In this document: piece after piece, positions 38,124 through 56,583 of the stretch
How the letters are laid out: every line of letters starts with the position of its first letter
How positions within the stretch are numbered: position 1 is the first letter of the stretch
NCBI RefSeq assembly: GCF_000181795.1
Contig: NW_003526941.1
Coordinates: 2,261,376-2,325,375, forward strand
Length of the DNA stretch: 64,000 nt
Direction: 5' to 3'
Source of the DNA: Trichinella spiralis
Taxonomy: Eukaryota
Program-made: the position numbers and the translations under genes
The notes under the pieces: model-generated
What the model saw: the letters and a program-made list of their open reading frames with translations, nothing else
Databases searched by the model: none
Told to the model about the DNA's origin: nothing

Positions 38124-41100
38124 CGCTATAACTAAATACAGTTAATACGTTTTAAGTATCATGAGCGGTTAACCCGATGCAAATAATATCTATTTGAAAA
38201 TGAAAAATCCATCAAAACGAAACAGTTGACAAACGAAAGTGAACTGATAAGTCGAATTAACGCACGCGCCTCTGTAAACTGTGCAAATTTTTTCGATCTA
38301 ATATTTCAGTGGCTGTTTTACAGTTTGCATTATACAAGTTTACAACTAAACTGGAAAACATTTTCAAAATGTTACACATTACACAAAAATGACACTACCG
38401 TAATGAGTTCAAACGTACAGCTGGTCGTTTACTACAGTAAAAGAAAATCACGATTCAACACTGATGACCTCATTTTTTTGCTTTTTTGCAAGAATATCAT
38501 GTGAATAACTTTTTTTCTTTAGAAATTGCGAAAATATTATCAACTCATACAGATATATATATATATATATTTATTTATTTATAAATATGAATTAAATGTT
38601 GTAATACATTTATTACTGTTTATACTTATTCGAAACATTTTTATTTTTGCAAAATTTAGTTTACAGTACAGAAATATTAATTCATTAATTTATAAGTTGG
38701 AAATTTTTATATACACTTTTTTGAATGCAAATTTTAATTTTTTTTCCAATTATTTTTTGATTATTTAAGTGCTCATTGTTCTTAAACTGGCAAAAGTTTA
38801 AATTTATGAGGAGCGTTTGCTAATTTTGAGTAAAAAAAGTTTGTGCATTTAGCAATAAATTTGTGAATCATAATAGTGATTTTTAAGATTAAATTTTACT
38901 ATATTTATTTTTTTTGAGAGAATAAATAATTTTGTACTGGCACACATACCTGCATACTTCACATTCTGTAGTTCAACACGATTCCATTCCTAATGTGTTA
39001 TTCGAGGAATAATTTGTTCGACGGTTTTCATCGGCTCGTGAATAATTTGACAGCCGGCTCCATTTAACAGTAAGTGTTGGTGTTAATTTTAATGTTTTTT
39101 TTAATTTTACTTTGGTTTTCAATGCTAAATGAATTGTGCTGTGTTGCTTTTGTTTTCGCTTGAATGGTTTAGCAGTTTTTGTCTGTATTTCAATTCATAG
39201 ACGTCGAAGTAACGTTGGTTGTAATAGAATAATTTTGCCATTTTGAACAGCTGTTTGCCAGTCTTTTCAGTATAGTTTTAGCTGTCGCTTTGTGAAGTAT
39301 TGATTGTTCATGAAACTCTTGACTTTGTGTTATGTTGTGATAGGTCCTTGTTGAACGATGTAGGCAAGGCTACGGACCGGTTGCTAATATCGACCGTAGT
39401 TGCATGGTTGCATTGATTGAGCAACGGTGCGTTTATGAACGCTATCTGTGTGTGTTTGGGGGAAATATTTGCGACGACGTTTGCAACAGAATTGATATTA
39501 GGCAATGCTGATTGGCATTTTGCGGCATATTAGATTTCTGTTTTTCGTAATATTATATTGGCCATTTGTCGTCGTCGTTGGCGCGCTTAGTTTTTATTTG
39601 TCAGTTGTTGACCGGTAAGCAGTAGCAGTTGGCTATAAGGTGAACTTGAGATTTTAGTTAGTTTTCGACGCTGAAAATTGCGCGTCTTATTTATTTGCAT
39701 GAACACGCAGGTGAATGTTTGCGTTGAACAATAGCTTTGAACAGTGTAATGTGAACTCGTTCTTGTTGTATATGCAGATACAGGCCGCATAACGTACAGT
39801 AGTAGCATATTTTCAAACGACCGCTTCCAGTATGGCCTTTGTTCATCGTGTTTTGATTGTTGACAATAGCATTTTCACTGCCTGACCTTGGCAAGTTTTC
39901 GTTCATAATCAGCCTGCTGCAACGCTTTGCTGTCTGTATTGCTTGCTGATATTACTTTTGCAAGAGTTGTTTGCTTGGCTACCGGTTGTTTAGTTCAGGA
40001 TGCACTTTATTTTTCACTTTATTCATTTATTTATCATTTGTTTCTTTTATAATTTTGTTGAGATTATTAAAATGTTGAACTTGTTGTTTGGTCATTAATT
40101 AAGCAAAATACATTTCCTTCTTCAGCAACGGAATTTTTTCAGTAATTCTATTGTCAGAATTGTTATTTCGCAATTTTGTGGCGCAAGTACTTTTGATAGT
40201 AATTTGCACCAGTTTAGATAATGGACTGTCAGTCAACTGCTTTCTTTATAATGTTGAACAACTCATGCGTTCTACTTTAAAAAATATTGTTTTTATTGAT
40301 TTTTTATGCTTATTCAACACCTTGTGCATGTTTAGTATTGTCATTGTGAACAAGTAATCCAAGAATTAAATGCACTGAATTTGGTTGAAATTTACTGTAA
40401 TTTTTGTAAATGTAAATCTTTTCCAAATTATTTTTCTGATTTTTCGAGAAATGGGTTTCCTTGAAAATTTCTTCGATGAACTGATTGCAATTTTGTTGTC
40501 AATATTTACATCATAATTTATAATACGCTGATAGCGTTCAAATTGAGATAATTATGACAAATAAATGACATTTTCTAATTCACTGTACTCTTTCAGTCTC
40601 ACGGATTCGTGTTTTAATTTTTGGATTCAATTTAGTGAAATCAATTTTTTTCATAGACAAAATTATGGCTCGTTTGTAGGTTGCGATCATAAAAAATAAT
40701 AAATCCGGAGACAGTTGTTAAATTTCATTCAGAACAGTGATCTATTTCGCCGTGATTAAATTGCATGTTAATTTTCAACTCACGAAACATATCTTTCAGA
40801 TATCAGTTTCGATTTCTTTTTGTTGTCATTATAGTTCGTGTTTTCTTATTTCAAGTGTTTATTATCAGGAAGAAATGAAAATAGTGTTGCACTGCTCTTC
40901 GCTTGCTATTATTATTGACAAACAAATGCCATCATTCATTGGTGAAAAATTGAAAATTATTTTGATTTTTAATTTAACGACGTGTTTTCTCTTTTAAGCT
41001 TTTATGAGAAAGCAGTTTTCCGATAATGTGTTTTTTTTAATTTAGGACCTGCAGTTGTTTCTACGAATATTGCATGAAAAACGTTACTTGTTTCATTGAA

Positions 41101-44100
41101 TTCTGGATTCTGTAGCGCCAATCAATTGATGAGCAGGTACGTTTATTTACTTTTTAGTTGAAAACTTTTTTTTATCATTTGAACAGTTATTACTACTATT
41201 AGCTGCATGTTTGTGTTTTATTTATATGTTTTATCAGTGCAGTTATTTTATTATGTATTTAAACTATGTAATTTTTCAAATCATTTACAAACGTTGAACT
41301 GAAGATTAATTTTTGTTTCTGCTATTTGCTAATTGTTTATTCAGTTGGTTTATTGATTAATCATTTATGCAACAATTTTTCATTATGGTATATTTATTTT
41401 CTAATTGTTCAATTGAAATTTCCATTTTATAAATTGAAATTTGTCATCAACATCAGCTGTAATTGTTTTCTTCGCCCATTGTTAGTAGGATTTGTAAATT
41501 GCAGCTCTTATAATTATGTTCATTTTTGGCGAATGATTCATTGTTTTCCAACAGGCAACAGTAATTTGGGACGTTCTGTGTTCGATGATGAACTTAGGCT
41601 TGGCCTGTTCTGGCTATCTTTTATGTGCCCATTGCATTTGTCCTTTTCCTTATCAGCTGTTTTGAAGAATCGTCATCTTTTTATTTTCTTACTGGTTTTA
41701 TTATTCTTACTCTTAACTAGATTTTCGAACACGGCAATTAATCCATGGCGCGTTTCGAAAATTCAATTTCATCCCAAAATGCTGAGAAATTGATTCCCAT
41801 TTAGCGGTGGTATTTTTGCTTCTTTTTTCCAATTGGCATTACATTTTACTTTTTGCTTTTATTTCTCAACTTGATTAATTTGAATATTGTTCTTTTATTG
41901 TATCGTATGTTGCAGTTGAGATTGTTCAGTCGTGTCATTTACATTTGGTGCCTGTGGTATAGCTAGCAGCAACTTCTTCAAGTGCTTTTCTTCAAATTCC
42001 CTAGTTGTTGTTGTTTAAGCTTGCAGATGTTGTTTTTCAAAAGTTTAAAGTTTTTTAAACTATGTTGCACACAAATGTTGTTGTTCTTATTTTTGCTCTG
42101 CTTGAATTCTACATATTTTATTTTTTGTGGCTATTCAAACTTGTTTCATTTAAATAAACGATGAGAACAGGCGACAACAGTTGAGATGTTTGTGTAATTA
42201 TTGGGCTTCATTTTATTTAAAATAAACTCCGGTTTATGGTGAAGTAGTTTTATTGACAGCTAGATGATTGGTCAATTCTAGCCAATTCGATGCAGCAGGG
42301 TTCAGAAAATTGCATCTACTACAAGACTTGTTTCTTTTTATATATTCAGTTTTTATTTATTATATGATTTGCACTCGGTAAATTGAGTGAATTGTTCCAG
42401 AAAAATAATGGAAGCAAGAATAAGGTTTTATTTGTTTGTTTGTTTCTTTTTATGAAATAATGGTCATCGTTTGATAATATTGAAAAATGGTGATAAGTTA
42501 GGTGGCTTTGTGAGTTGTATTGGAGTGGGCTAAATTGTGTTGATTCGATGATGATTTTGAATTTGGTTAGTTTGCGAAACGTTTGGGGAAATTATGATCG
42601 CAGGTCCGCTTCCAAGTATCTTTCTCCAATTGATCGTCAGTCGAGCTTTTCGATCGGTCTTGGCCAGCCGGCTGAATGTGTGCGCGTCTCATGCCAGGCT
42701 GTTGCTTTCTCCATTGGGCGATGAATCATCATACTCCGTCGGCTTCAAAGCCCCCCTCCTCTCCACACACGCGCGCGCTTCTTCGCTGTATGTGTGTGTG
42801 TGTGTCTGTGTGTGCCAATTGAACGGCGGCGGCCATTATTGACGTGCGGACGTTTCCTTTATACTTCCCTCCCTCCCTCTGTGCTTGTTTTCCTTGGTTA
42901 GATTTAGCTAGATTTTGACTAGTGCAAGCATTTTGTTTGTTTGTTTTCTTATTTTTTGTAATCAATTTCCGTTGCTTCAATGCTACTGAATTAGTGAAAT
43001 TTGTCCACCAAATTGGGCAGCTTCGAGTTGCTCGATTTTCAAGCTTCTCGTTGAAACATTAATTCTGTTTTTTCTTCTGTGCTGTGCGTTGTGTAATTTT
43101 TTTCTTGTCCCAATTGGCAGTCGGCTTTTGGAATCACGCTTCCTTGGCTCTCAGCTGCCAGTATCTCTATCCCCTTCTACTTTCCTTTTGTTGAGAACGT
43201 TGAACAACGACAAGTTACACTGCAGACGTCGCAGACGTAGAAGGGCCGTCGCCAGTTGTGCCCAATAATCTTCCTATAGCTTCTTTTCCCTCATCTTTAT
43301 CTTCTTCTATTCATTCTTCCGCTACTTCCACTCAGCGCAGCAGTATGCTCACATTAAAAGCATACCGCCTGTAAGTGTTCTATTTTATTTCATATATATA
43401 TTATTTAACTTTAAATTATTGTTGATGTGCATTTTATGATGAGTATTGCTAGTTTTAAAGACTGGTTTCATTGCTTATGTATTTCAATTTCTGACGCCAA
43501 ATGCTTATACGTATGTATTATATATACATAATAAAGCTGCACGTATCCAGTTTTACGTTGAAATCCTCAACGCAGGTGACGCCTCTATCTCACCTTCTCT
43601 TTCTTTTTCTTCCTCATTCTCTTCTGCTTTTCTCTTTTTCTTCTTCTTCATCTTCAGTTTCTATGCTTTGTTTGACACATGCACATTGTCTGATCGGTGT
43701 TCTTTCTCTTTTGCATTTAAAAAGTTTGTTCAATATTTTTCCTCGAACACGTTTTCTTTCCAATATGTGCAGTGTGCTGCTTGCTCATTCAGCTTACTTG
43801 AAGCATTAAGTTGCACAACAGCTTCTTTCTAGCTCAGTTAAGACCAGATAGAGAGAGACTCTGACGAAAAATCGAGCGTAAAAGTCATTTTTCCATGCAC
43901 ACCATACGTAGATCGATTTTCATTTTCTTGAAAATTGTTAACCATTTTAAACAAAATGTAAGTGAATCAGACACATGCCAGTTATAATTCAAATAAGAAA
44001 ATTCGCAATATTGTGTGTGTATTTGTTTGTTTGTTTGTTTGTTTGTTTGTGTTGTGCATTCTGCTATTCCTGCTTAAAAAAGAAAATAAACCAAGCAGAC

Positions 44101-44461
44101 AAGAAACAAATGCTGCTGAAAGTTGAGAAATAGGGAAATAAATTTGAGTAAAAATAATAAATCCACAGCTTCTTGTCATTTATTTATTCATTTATTTATT
44201 TTTAACTTAAATCAAACTGGTCTATTTTTGATGATTTATTTCAACTGCAGATTGGCGGGCTCATATTGATCGTTGTCAATCAGAAGAGAGGGGGGCCTGC
44301 TTTGCATTGATATATATATATATATATATATATATATTGCTTAGTTGCGTAAACGTGTGCTTTGTTTCCTTTTTTTCTGTCTTCTTTTGTTGATTTCAAT
44401 TTATTATTCTTCTTCTTTTGTTTTTGATTTATACAGCAAGAAGATTGAAGACATTGGCAGG

Positions 44462-48228
<3,767 letters not shown>

Positions 48229-50503
48229 CCAGATATGCAGCAGTTGCCGGTGTTCCAACAAAGCAAAACGAAGCAAAAAGCGCAAACTCAATTGGGCTGT
48301 AATGTTGTTTCCGTTTGCTTTTTTGCCGTTCTTTTAACACACCTTTCTGCTGATGTTTTTTCGGAGAAACGCTCGCTTGCAGCGAGTGATACGTTGCAAA
48401 TTTTCCGTCCACTATTTTTATTGGACAGTTTCGGCTAATTTCATTTTTGTAAAAAAATATTTTTTCATTTAACTATTTGTCGTTGTTAAAAGCGGTCAGT
48501 TTTCAATTCGGGTAGAAATTTTATTCCTTATAACTGATGTGCATTAGTAAGAATATGAGGAAAATGAATGGAGTGGTTGGTTGGTTCATCGTTGTTGTGT
48601 AGCTTCTGTTTTTTGACTCAGTGCATTGTTACTACAAATTGCTGCTGCTGCTGCTGCTGCTGCTAATACCACCACCACTACAAGCTGCCACTGCTACTAC
48701 TATTACTACTGCCACTACTGGGTAACGGTATTGGTATTCGACAACAATGACAACAGTGATTTCACTTTACATTGGAGAGGTTCGTATAACTGATATAGAC
48801 GAAGCAACAACATGACCATCGTTTAGTTGAATATTTATTTCTGACGTTGTTATAGCTGTATTCTATATTTTTTTCTTATTTCTTTTCAAATTTGCCTAGA
48901 AAAAGACAGAACATCGAGAAGCAGTATTTTCTATTTCATAAATGCAGTTCCTCTTGTTCTGATTCAGATGAAATAAACTATCGGATGCGCCAATCTTTGT
49001 GCATGTATTCTACAAGTGTTGTGTTGTGCTTGTTTGTTTGTTTGTTTGTATGTTATTTGCACGAGAAATGTAAGTGTGAAACCAAAAGCATTTTAATCGG
49101 AATGAATGCTTTGAAAATGTGTAGTTTTATTTCTTTACTTGGATGGGCAACTTGCGCGTCCAAGGCCTGTGTGTGCTGTGTTTATATGGAGTAATTTCAA
49201 AAGATACTTTTTTTCTGTTCTGTTGCAGAGCTCCAAGAAAGAAGTAAACGTTAATGGCTCTGGTAAATGAAAATCATTACGTTCGCAGAATGAAGTAAGT
49301 TGTGAAATTTTCACGGATCGATTGTTATTTGCTCTGCAGATCGCGTAATTATAATTAAATGCTTGAATGATAGGCAACTAAATTGAACTGGTTGATTCGA
49401 CTAAGCTGCAGGCGATGTACATATTTAAAATTTTTGATAATATAAGAATAGATAGTAGTGATAAAAATTTTGTAATGAACATTGCAAATTGTTTAGGTAC
49501 TGTGCTGGTTGGTTGAAGTCGGATGGGTACGACTACAAACCTGCTATTATTGGTTGTCTCTGTCACTTTGCAAAAAATTATTGTGGGCTGTTCAATTACA
49601 TTTAACGTATTATGTAAAACTGTGGCGAACAATTTAAATTTTTGTCTAATTGTCCTACAGTGCTTTAAGAACTTCATTACTTCGGTAGTAGTGAATTGTT
49701 TGGGCAAAAGGAAAAGTATTTATTTTACTGTATTCCTCTATAAAAAAATTTTTTTCAGTTAATTTTTTGGTTAAATATTCACTTTTGCATTCGCTTGTAA
49801 CATTGCTGTGCCTTTAACGTTATTCTGCACTACATTTGCTTACTTAAATAATTTGTTGTATTCTAAAACAAAGCTTTAATTGAACATCATCTTTTGCCCG
49901 AATTTTCATTACAAACCGATGACTGCTAATTAAGCTACGTTCTTAGATTGCTTTTCTGCATCCGTGTTGTTGTTGTTGTTGCATTGTTTTATCTGATCTG
50001 TGATGATGATAACGATAATGGATGTTGAAGTGAAATCTATCTCACGTTGTACAGCAGTTGTCTCATGTTTTATTCGTATAATGGATTTAAACTATACCAT
50101 ATTCTACCACTGATGTACAGTTATTCAAAGTATCTATTCACAGATGCAAGTCTCATTATTATCATTGTCTTTTGTTTTTTTTCGACAACTTCACCAGTAC
50201 AGCTTAGCTTAATGATTTTATATACGATTGCTTACTTGTTTGATAATGCGTTATTACAAAACATGTCTTTGATTTTTCGAATGCTAATATATAGTATAAT
50301 AATTTATTTTACCAGAGTAAAAAGAAATCATTGATCAACAACACAAAAATTCAAGCTTTGTTTACTGTTAAAAATCACACAACCGGCATAAGAGAGAGAC
50401 AAACTGATGGCATGATGTGCGTGCGATCCAGCAGTTGCTTCATCGGATGAAACATACACAGAGGAAGAGGAAAATCATGATTGGTACGGTGATTGGAGGA
50501 TAA

Positions 50504-52934
50504 TCATAGCATAACAACAACGAAGAAAATGAAAAAGACAAGTAACACAATGAACACCTTTATCGCTAACCAGCGATTTCTCGAAATGCTTCGGAGAAAT
50601 TTCAGCAGCTCAATGTGCGCCGCTTCGACTTGTACAACCGCGTCCTCAACATTACTATCAATCCTAAAATTAACATTTAATATTGTAGGACGTCAGAAAT
50701 GTTGTAATTTTTTTTTACCGTTGCACCATTTCACCTTGCTCTTGGACCATGTGGGCCAGCGAAGAGAAAATCTGACCAAGTTCTACAATCGTCTCTTCTA
50801 TGTTTACCATCGTCTCGGCTCGATTACGTAAATAACTATCCTATATATTGTTAATACATATGTGTATTTGCACGTAACTGATTACGTTTGGTTTTACAGG
50901 TAGAGCCAAATAGAACGTAAAGTGATGGAACCAACCTGTTGGTTGATGAGCTGAAGCTGCTGCTGAGTCTGTCTCCGTTCAACTTCGTCCATTTCGAGCA
51001 CGTATTCACTTTCTACGTTACCATTGAGCAGCATAGAACCACCTCAACAAAGAAAGATGGCAATTGAGAAACAAACAATCACTCGATAAATTTTTATAAA
51101 AGTTGTGCTGCAAACGTCAACAGCAACCTCCTTACGACTGCTGGATGCCGAAGCAGGTAGAGTATTAGGAATCGTTTCGGCTGCACTGAATCGTTCCCGT
51201 CTCATTTTCTGCTGTTTCATATTTTGTGTTCGAAGCTGAAGCACCGATTTAAAATCAGAACTAATTGTAGCCAACTTTGACTGAAAAGTGACAACAATTG
51301 ATTTTGAATGCTGAGACTGATTTTGTTCACTGGAACATAGATTTCTCTGCATCATCTATAATAACACATAAGGCCTGTTTTTATTGCTTGTGCAAATGAA
51401 GCTTTCATTTCACCTGCTGGAGCATGCCAATCTGTCTGTTCAAATTTGCAATATCTTGTTTAATGATTTGAGTCAGCTCGTCAACTTCGCCCGGACGATC
51501 ATCGAACAGGGATTTTTTCTTGGCTACTGAAAGGATACCGTATTTAGAAAACAGAAAGACTCATTTTCTTTTTCGAGTTGCACTCTATCTCACATATAGT
51601 CAGCTTTTCCAATTTCAGAAAAGTTTCCGACAGGTCATGGCCAATTTGTCTGAAAGCAAAATTACAGTTACAATTTATATTATTGAAGTTACGTCATTTT
51701 GTAATGATATTTTTACAACCACACAAATTCAATCTGCACTGCCAAAACATTACCCATTTAATGTTTAATTGTTTAATGTAAATTTCTATAATATATTGTT
51801 TTTCAACATTTATTTCTAAAAATCTCAATTCATTTATAATCTAGTAAATGAATTATAAATATATGGAAAGTAATATTTTAAATAAAAAGGAACTTGAATT
51901 ATATATACTGTAGCACTTGAAATGATACAGTATGAATAGGTGGAAAATATGTCTGAAATAACGAAAATCAGTGATCAATTAATTCAATGAGATATTTTTT
52001 TGCAAAATAAAGAAATTCAAAAGAATTATTACTTTGAAAGAAGTGAAAACTGCTGTAACTCCGTTCGCACAACGCGCTGCCTCGACTGAACTGGCTGTGA
52101 ACTGGCCATCTCAAACACGAGCAGTAATTTATAAGAACATCAAAAGAAAAAGAATATTTTATTTAGGCATACCATCTTCAACTGAAAAGATTGAGCAATA
52201 GCTCTGAACTCTGCAGATCGGTCTCGTCCAGGCATTTCTACGTAAACGTTTTGAGGATTGTATTCGTTAGAAGTACTAGTGCTAGGAGCCGCGGATTTTT
52301 GGATTGTGGAAGATGGACTTGCGAGAGTCTGAAATAAAATATAAATTAATATATAACTGCAAAGCATGTATGAAAAAACAATAACAATATAAATGACTGA
52401 CATCACGCATTACTATATACGTTATGCATGACAGAAATGTATAAAAAAACAACCAGATAAAAATGTAAACAGTGCAAGTGATTGTAAATACTGTTTGTAA
52501 AACCAACAAATTGTTACGTTCAGACTTCAAAAGCAAAGCATCATCTACTGTATCCTTGGCACTAACAACTGTATGCTTGAAATCTAGTTTAAAAAGCAAG
52601 TCATTCTAAGTAACTTTTTGAAATAATATATGTGCATACCACACAAAAATATAAAATGGAATGCGTAGAAAACAAGAGAAAAATAACTGGACATTTATTT
52701 TTTTAACAACATCAATATATACAAGTTCAATTCATATAACAAATGCTAGCTGAATTTCAAAATGCATATATAACATGAAACAGCATGCAGTATTGTAGAT
52801 AGATGAAGGTCAAAAACCTGAATTAATGACGTGTGCTGGTGCTGATTAGTTGTATCACGACAGGAAGTTAATATTTCACCGTCCGCACTGCAGGATTTAC
52901 GTCTTCGGCGGCGGGCAAAATTGCTGTTGCTCAT
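50504..52934 (-). CDS. STX5: Syntaxin-5 (Golgi Qa-SNARE), with N-terminally extended first exon
   Basis: RDRSAEF Sly1-binding motif, KKSLFDDRPGEVDELTQIIKQDIANLN, HSKSIVVTFQSKLATISSDFKSVLQLRTQNMK, SNARE helix IEETIVELGQIFSSLAHMVQEQGEMVQR|IDSNVED, and C-terminal TM RWLAIKVFIVLLVFFIFFVVVML*. Upstream ATG at 52934, internal ATG at 52235. Confidence 0.93.
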
Positions 52935-53140
52935 AATGTGGCCCCATAAAACGCAGCTACTACCGAACAACCAATACGACTGATTTAACAAAATGAAGTT
53001 GATCTGTATTACTGTCTTACAGTATACCTTTACCTAAGCATCACTTTTCAAATTGCTGACGTCAAGTTAGCCGCTGTTTCATAATCTGTGAATTCGTTTC
53101 GTTAACGTCTAGGAAGTGGTTTTTTATTCTAGCAAATACC
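52935..53140. promoter_or_regulatory. Compact bidirectional promoter between STX5 and HRD1, containing a palindromic TGACGTCA (53057-53064)
   Basis: The divergent ATGs are about 206 bp apart and a perfect CRE/bZIP octamer lies between them. Confidence 0.5.
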
Positions 53141-56100
53141 ATGCAAGTAAGATACGGACACCTGCTTGTGTTCAGCTTTCTACTCACAGCAGCAGTTGTT
53201 TTCCATGCTTTTCATCAGAGAAAACAGTTCTATCCATCTATGGTGTATTTGTCGAAATCAAATGCTAGTGTTACAGTTCGTGATTTTGTTTAATAATAAT
53301 TTAAATCTTAAAATAATATCTTTAAATTAAGGCATTGTATATTCAAGCTTTTGTTTTGGTCAGCTTGGTTGGAAAGTTGTTTCAGATGATATTTTTCGGC
53401 TCCCTTCATCGATTTGAACAAGAGGTACTTATTTTATAAGTGAACTTAATCGTTTGGTGTATTAATTGCTTTTATGTTACTTTTCACATTTTCTGATATA
53501 TTGCTTCAATGATAATTTAGCTTTTTTACCTGGACAGTAGGTTACAGCTGTCTTGTTTTAAAGATTCTAGAAATGCAATTGGTCATTTGTAAAATTGCTT
53601 TGTTTTTATAGCACATTGCGGACAGGGCTATGTTTGCTGTAACAGAAACCTGCCTGGCTTTTACTATTTTTCGCGATGATTTTAGCCCTCGATTTGTTGC
53701 TCAGTTTACTCAGTTGTTTTTCTTCAAATGTTTTCACTGGATGGCAGAAGAACGAATAGATTACGTGAGTGGTCTAAGATAATTTATCTTTTACTTACTA
53801 AACATTGTTCTTAAATCAGTTCAAATTATATAATATTGATGTGCCAAATTAATAATGTGAAAGATATTTTTCTGCAGACGATTTAAAGATATATCTTTAA
53901 TTGTATTATTGTATTATAGTACTGTAATTACTTTTGTGATGTTTAAGGTTTACATAAGTTTTGTTGTTTAAGCTTTTTTAATGTTGTTTAATATTTAGTT
54001 GTAATTAGCATCGTAATATTTAATTTGATAAAATTTAATTTCTACTGTTAGATAAGGCAGATTGTTTTATTTATAAATTTGTTCCGAAAAGTGTAATTTT
54101 TCTTTCTGCTGAAGTTTTGCACATGTGAACTGATAAACATATTAGTACATTTTTAGATGGAAAGAAGTCCAGTTGTTACTACACTGTTCTGCGCCAGAAT
54201 TATGGGTATAATTTAATATTTCTTAATAACTTTAATGCCTATTCATTTACTTTTTAGGTTTGATTGCAATTTTGAGCGCAGTAGATTCTTACCATATATC
54301 TCATGCATATTTTACTACTCTGCAAAAAGGAGCTACACCTCAGATTGTATTTGGTTTTGAGGTAATATATTTTGAGGTTCTTCTATTTTTAACGAAGTTT
54401 TTTTTCCAGCATTGAATTTTATACGTAAATTAAGTTATTATTTTTTAATGTGCAAGAATGTCATTACGTTCAGCATGCTAAAACAAAAGATTACTCAGCG
54501 CATTCACATTCTCTATATTATATTTTAATTTTTATTTATCATGCATATTGTTTAGATTTATTTTTAGAATTCAAGATATTTTGTGAGTTGATTTATTACT
54601 TATTTAGTATGCCATTTTGCTGACTGTTGTTTTCCACATTGCAGTCAAGTACGTGCTGCATCGTGTAGATCTGAGACAGCCGCACCCTTGGGAAAATAAA
54701 GCGGTTTATCTTTTATATTTTGAACTTGTTATTGGTACGTTTTTATGGATTTTTAACATTGTTTCAGAAGATTTTTTGTTTTTAAGTATTTTTACGAGTT
54801 CTGTTGTATGCCATTTTTATTTGTGTAACGATGCAGTTGCACACGTTTCCACTGTTTTCCATTCGACCAATGTATTTAGCTTTGAAGTAAGAATTATTTT
54901 TCTGTTTGTAATATTTTCATTAATAGTGATATGTTGTTTATGCATATATTTTAGAACTTTGAAAAAGGCAATTATGGACGCAGTTTTATCTCAGCGTGCT
55001 ATTCGAAATATGAATTCCTTGTATCCGGACGTGACAGCAGAAGATTTGAGTCGCGGCGATTGTGTTTGCATTATTTGCCGAGAAGATATAACTGAACGCG
55101 CAAAAAAACTGCCTTGCAATCACATCTTTCACATATCTTGCTTGCGTTCTTGGTTTCAAGTACATTATGATTTTCTCTTCCATTCAAAATATCAAACATT
55201 CAAAAATTCAAAATATTTTAAATTTCATTTGATGATGTTATTTATGTTTTACAACATTTAAATGACATGATGTTTTAGCGTCAGCAGACATGTCCAATTT
55301 GTCGTCTGAATGTGTTGCAGCTGCGTCAAACTGAACGTCAGCAGCAACAACAGCAGCAAACAGCTAACATTGCTGGTACATCAACGACCGCAGCTGGTAC
55401 TTCAGCGACTGCAGCAAATCAAATTCCAGCACCAAATTTTACAAACAGTACTCTTTTTCAATATTTATATTAAGCAATTTTCGTAATTTGCATTTTTAGT
55501 GAATATGCCAACTTGGTTTGCTGGTTTACCTGCGGGAATAATACAACCGCCGGCACCAGGCGTTGGAGATGGAACGCCGAGTTCGATCAATCCTACAGTA
55601 TTCGCTGGTTTCACCGGCAATGGTAATTCGTCGGCAACTCTACCGATGCCAATAATGCCACCATTTTTTCCATTTAGTACGCTTATTTATTTATCATCTA
55701 TATTTCTTTATGTATATTTTTAATGAATGAAGAAGAAAACTTAATGTAAAGTCGGGATGACGAAGATGATTAAATGTTTTGATTGTCACATTTTAGCACA
55801 AGCGTTTCCTACACCGCCAGATTTTACTGGTCTCACTGATGAAGAGGTACGTCAAATGGAAGGTAATGAACGAAAATCGGTTGAAGCACGCATTCGATGT
55901 TTACGCAATATACAAACATTGCTTGATGGTGCCGTTGTACTCATGCAGCAGTACACAAGTCTAATGAGCGCAATGGAGTAAGAATTTTGTTAAAATAATA
56001 CTTTTTAAAATGTTGCATTCTTCCTTCGTTTTCAAAGTTTGAAATACAGTGAAAAGCGTTCTGTCAATACTGAGGAAACTGAGCATAAAAAAGAAACAAC

Positions 56101-56278
56101 TTCAAAGACTGAAGAGGTGAATGCGAAAACGGTTAATATCGATGAAATGGCGGAAAAACCAAGCACCTCTGCTGCTGCTGTTGCTGGTAGTTCTTCTGGT
56201 GATGCACAACATGAATTAAGGCAGCGTCGGCTGCAGCATTATGAAAAATCTGCTAAAGCCGGTGAAACTGTTCAGTGA
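53141..56278 (+). CDS. SYVN1: HRD1/synoviolin ERAD E3 ubiquitin ligase (multi-exon)
   Basis: MQVRYGHLLVFSFLLTAAVVFHAFHQRKQFYPSMVYLSKSNAS, FAVTETCLAFTIFRDDFSPRFV, PWENKAVYLLY, RING-H2 CIICRED...LPCNHIFHISCLRSWFQ|RQQTCPICR, LTDEEVRQMEGNERKSVEARIRCLRNIQTLLD and terminal ELRQRRLQHY. Confidence 0.96.
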
Positions 56279-56583
56279 ATGGTTTAAATAAATACGTAAC
56301 AAATGCATCATTATTATTGCTGATTATTATTATCATTGCTTAGTGAAAATTTTCTGATGTTGTTGTTTTTCTTTGGACGTTCACGATATGCTTGGCTGTG
56401 ACTTTTTGAACACACAAGCTTACCGTTTGAGCGATTTGATTCCAATGCTTCATCTGTCTTTAAATAAACAATATTTTTTTTAGCAAAACCTCAATTTAAT
56501 CAACGCAATGCTGTTGAATTGTTAAGATTTTCATTTACAGTACATTTATGCATGAATTTATACAATAATTTCTGCAAATATAA

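Noticed and set aside
39308..39990. Short minus-strand ORFs upstream of KLC
   Set aside because: No start, splice or homology support for joining them into a gene.
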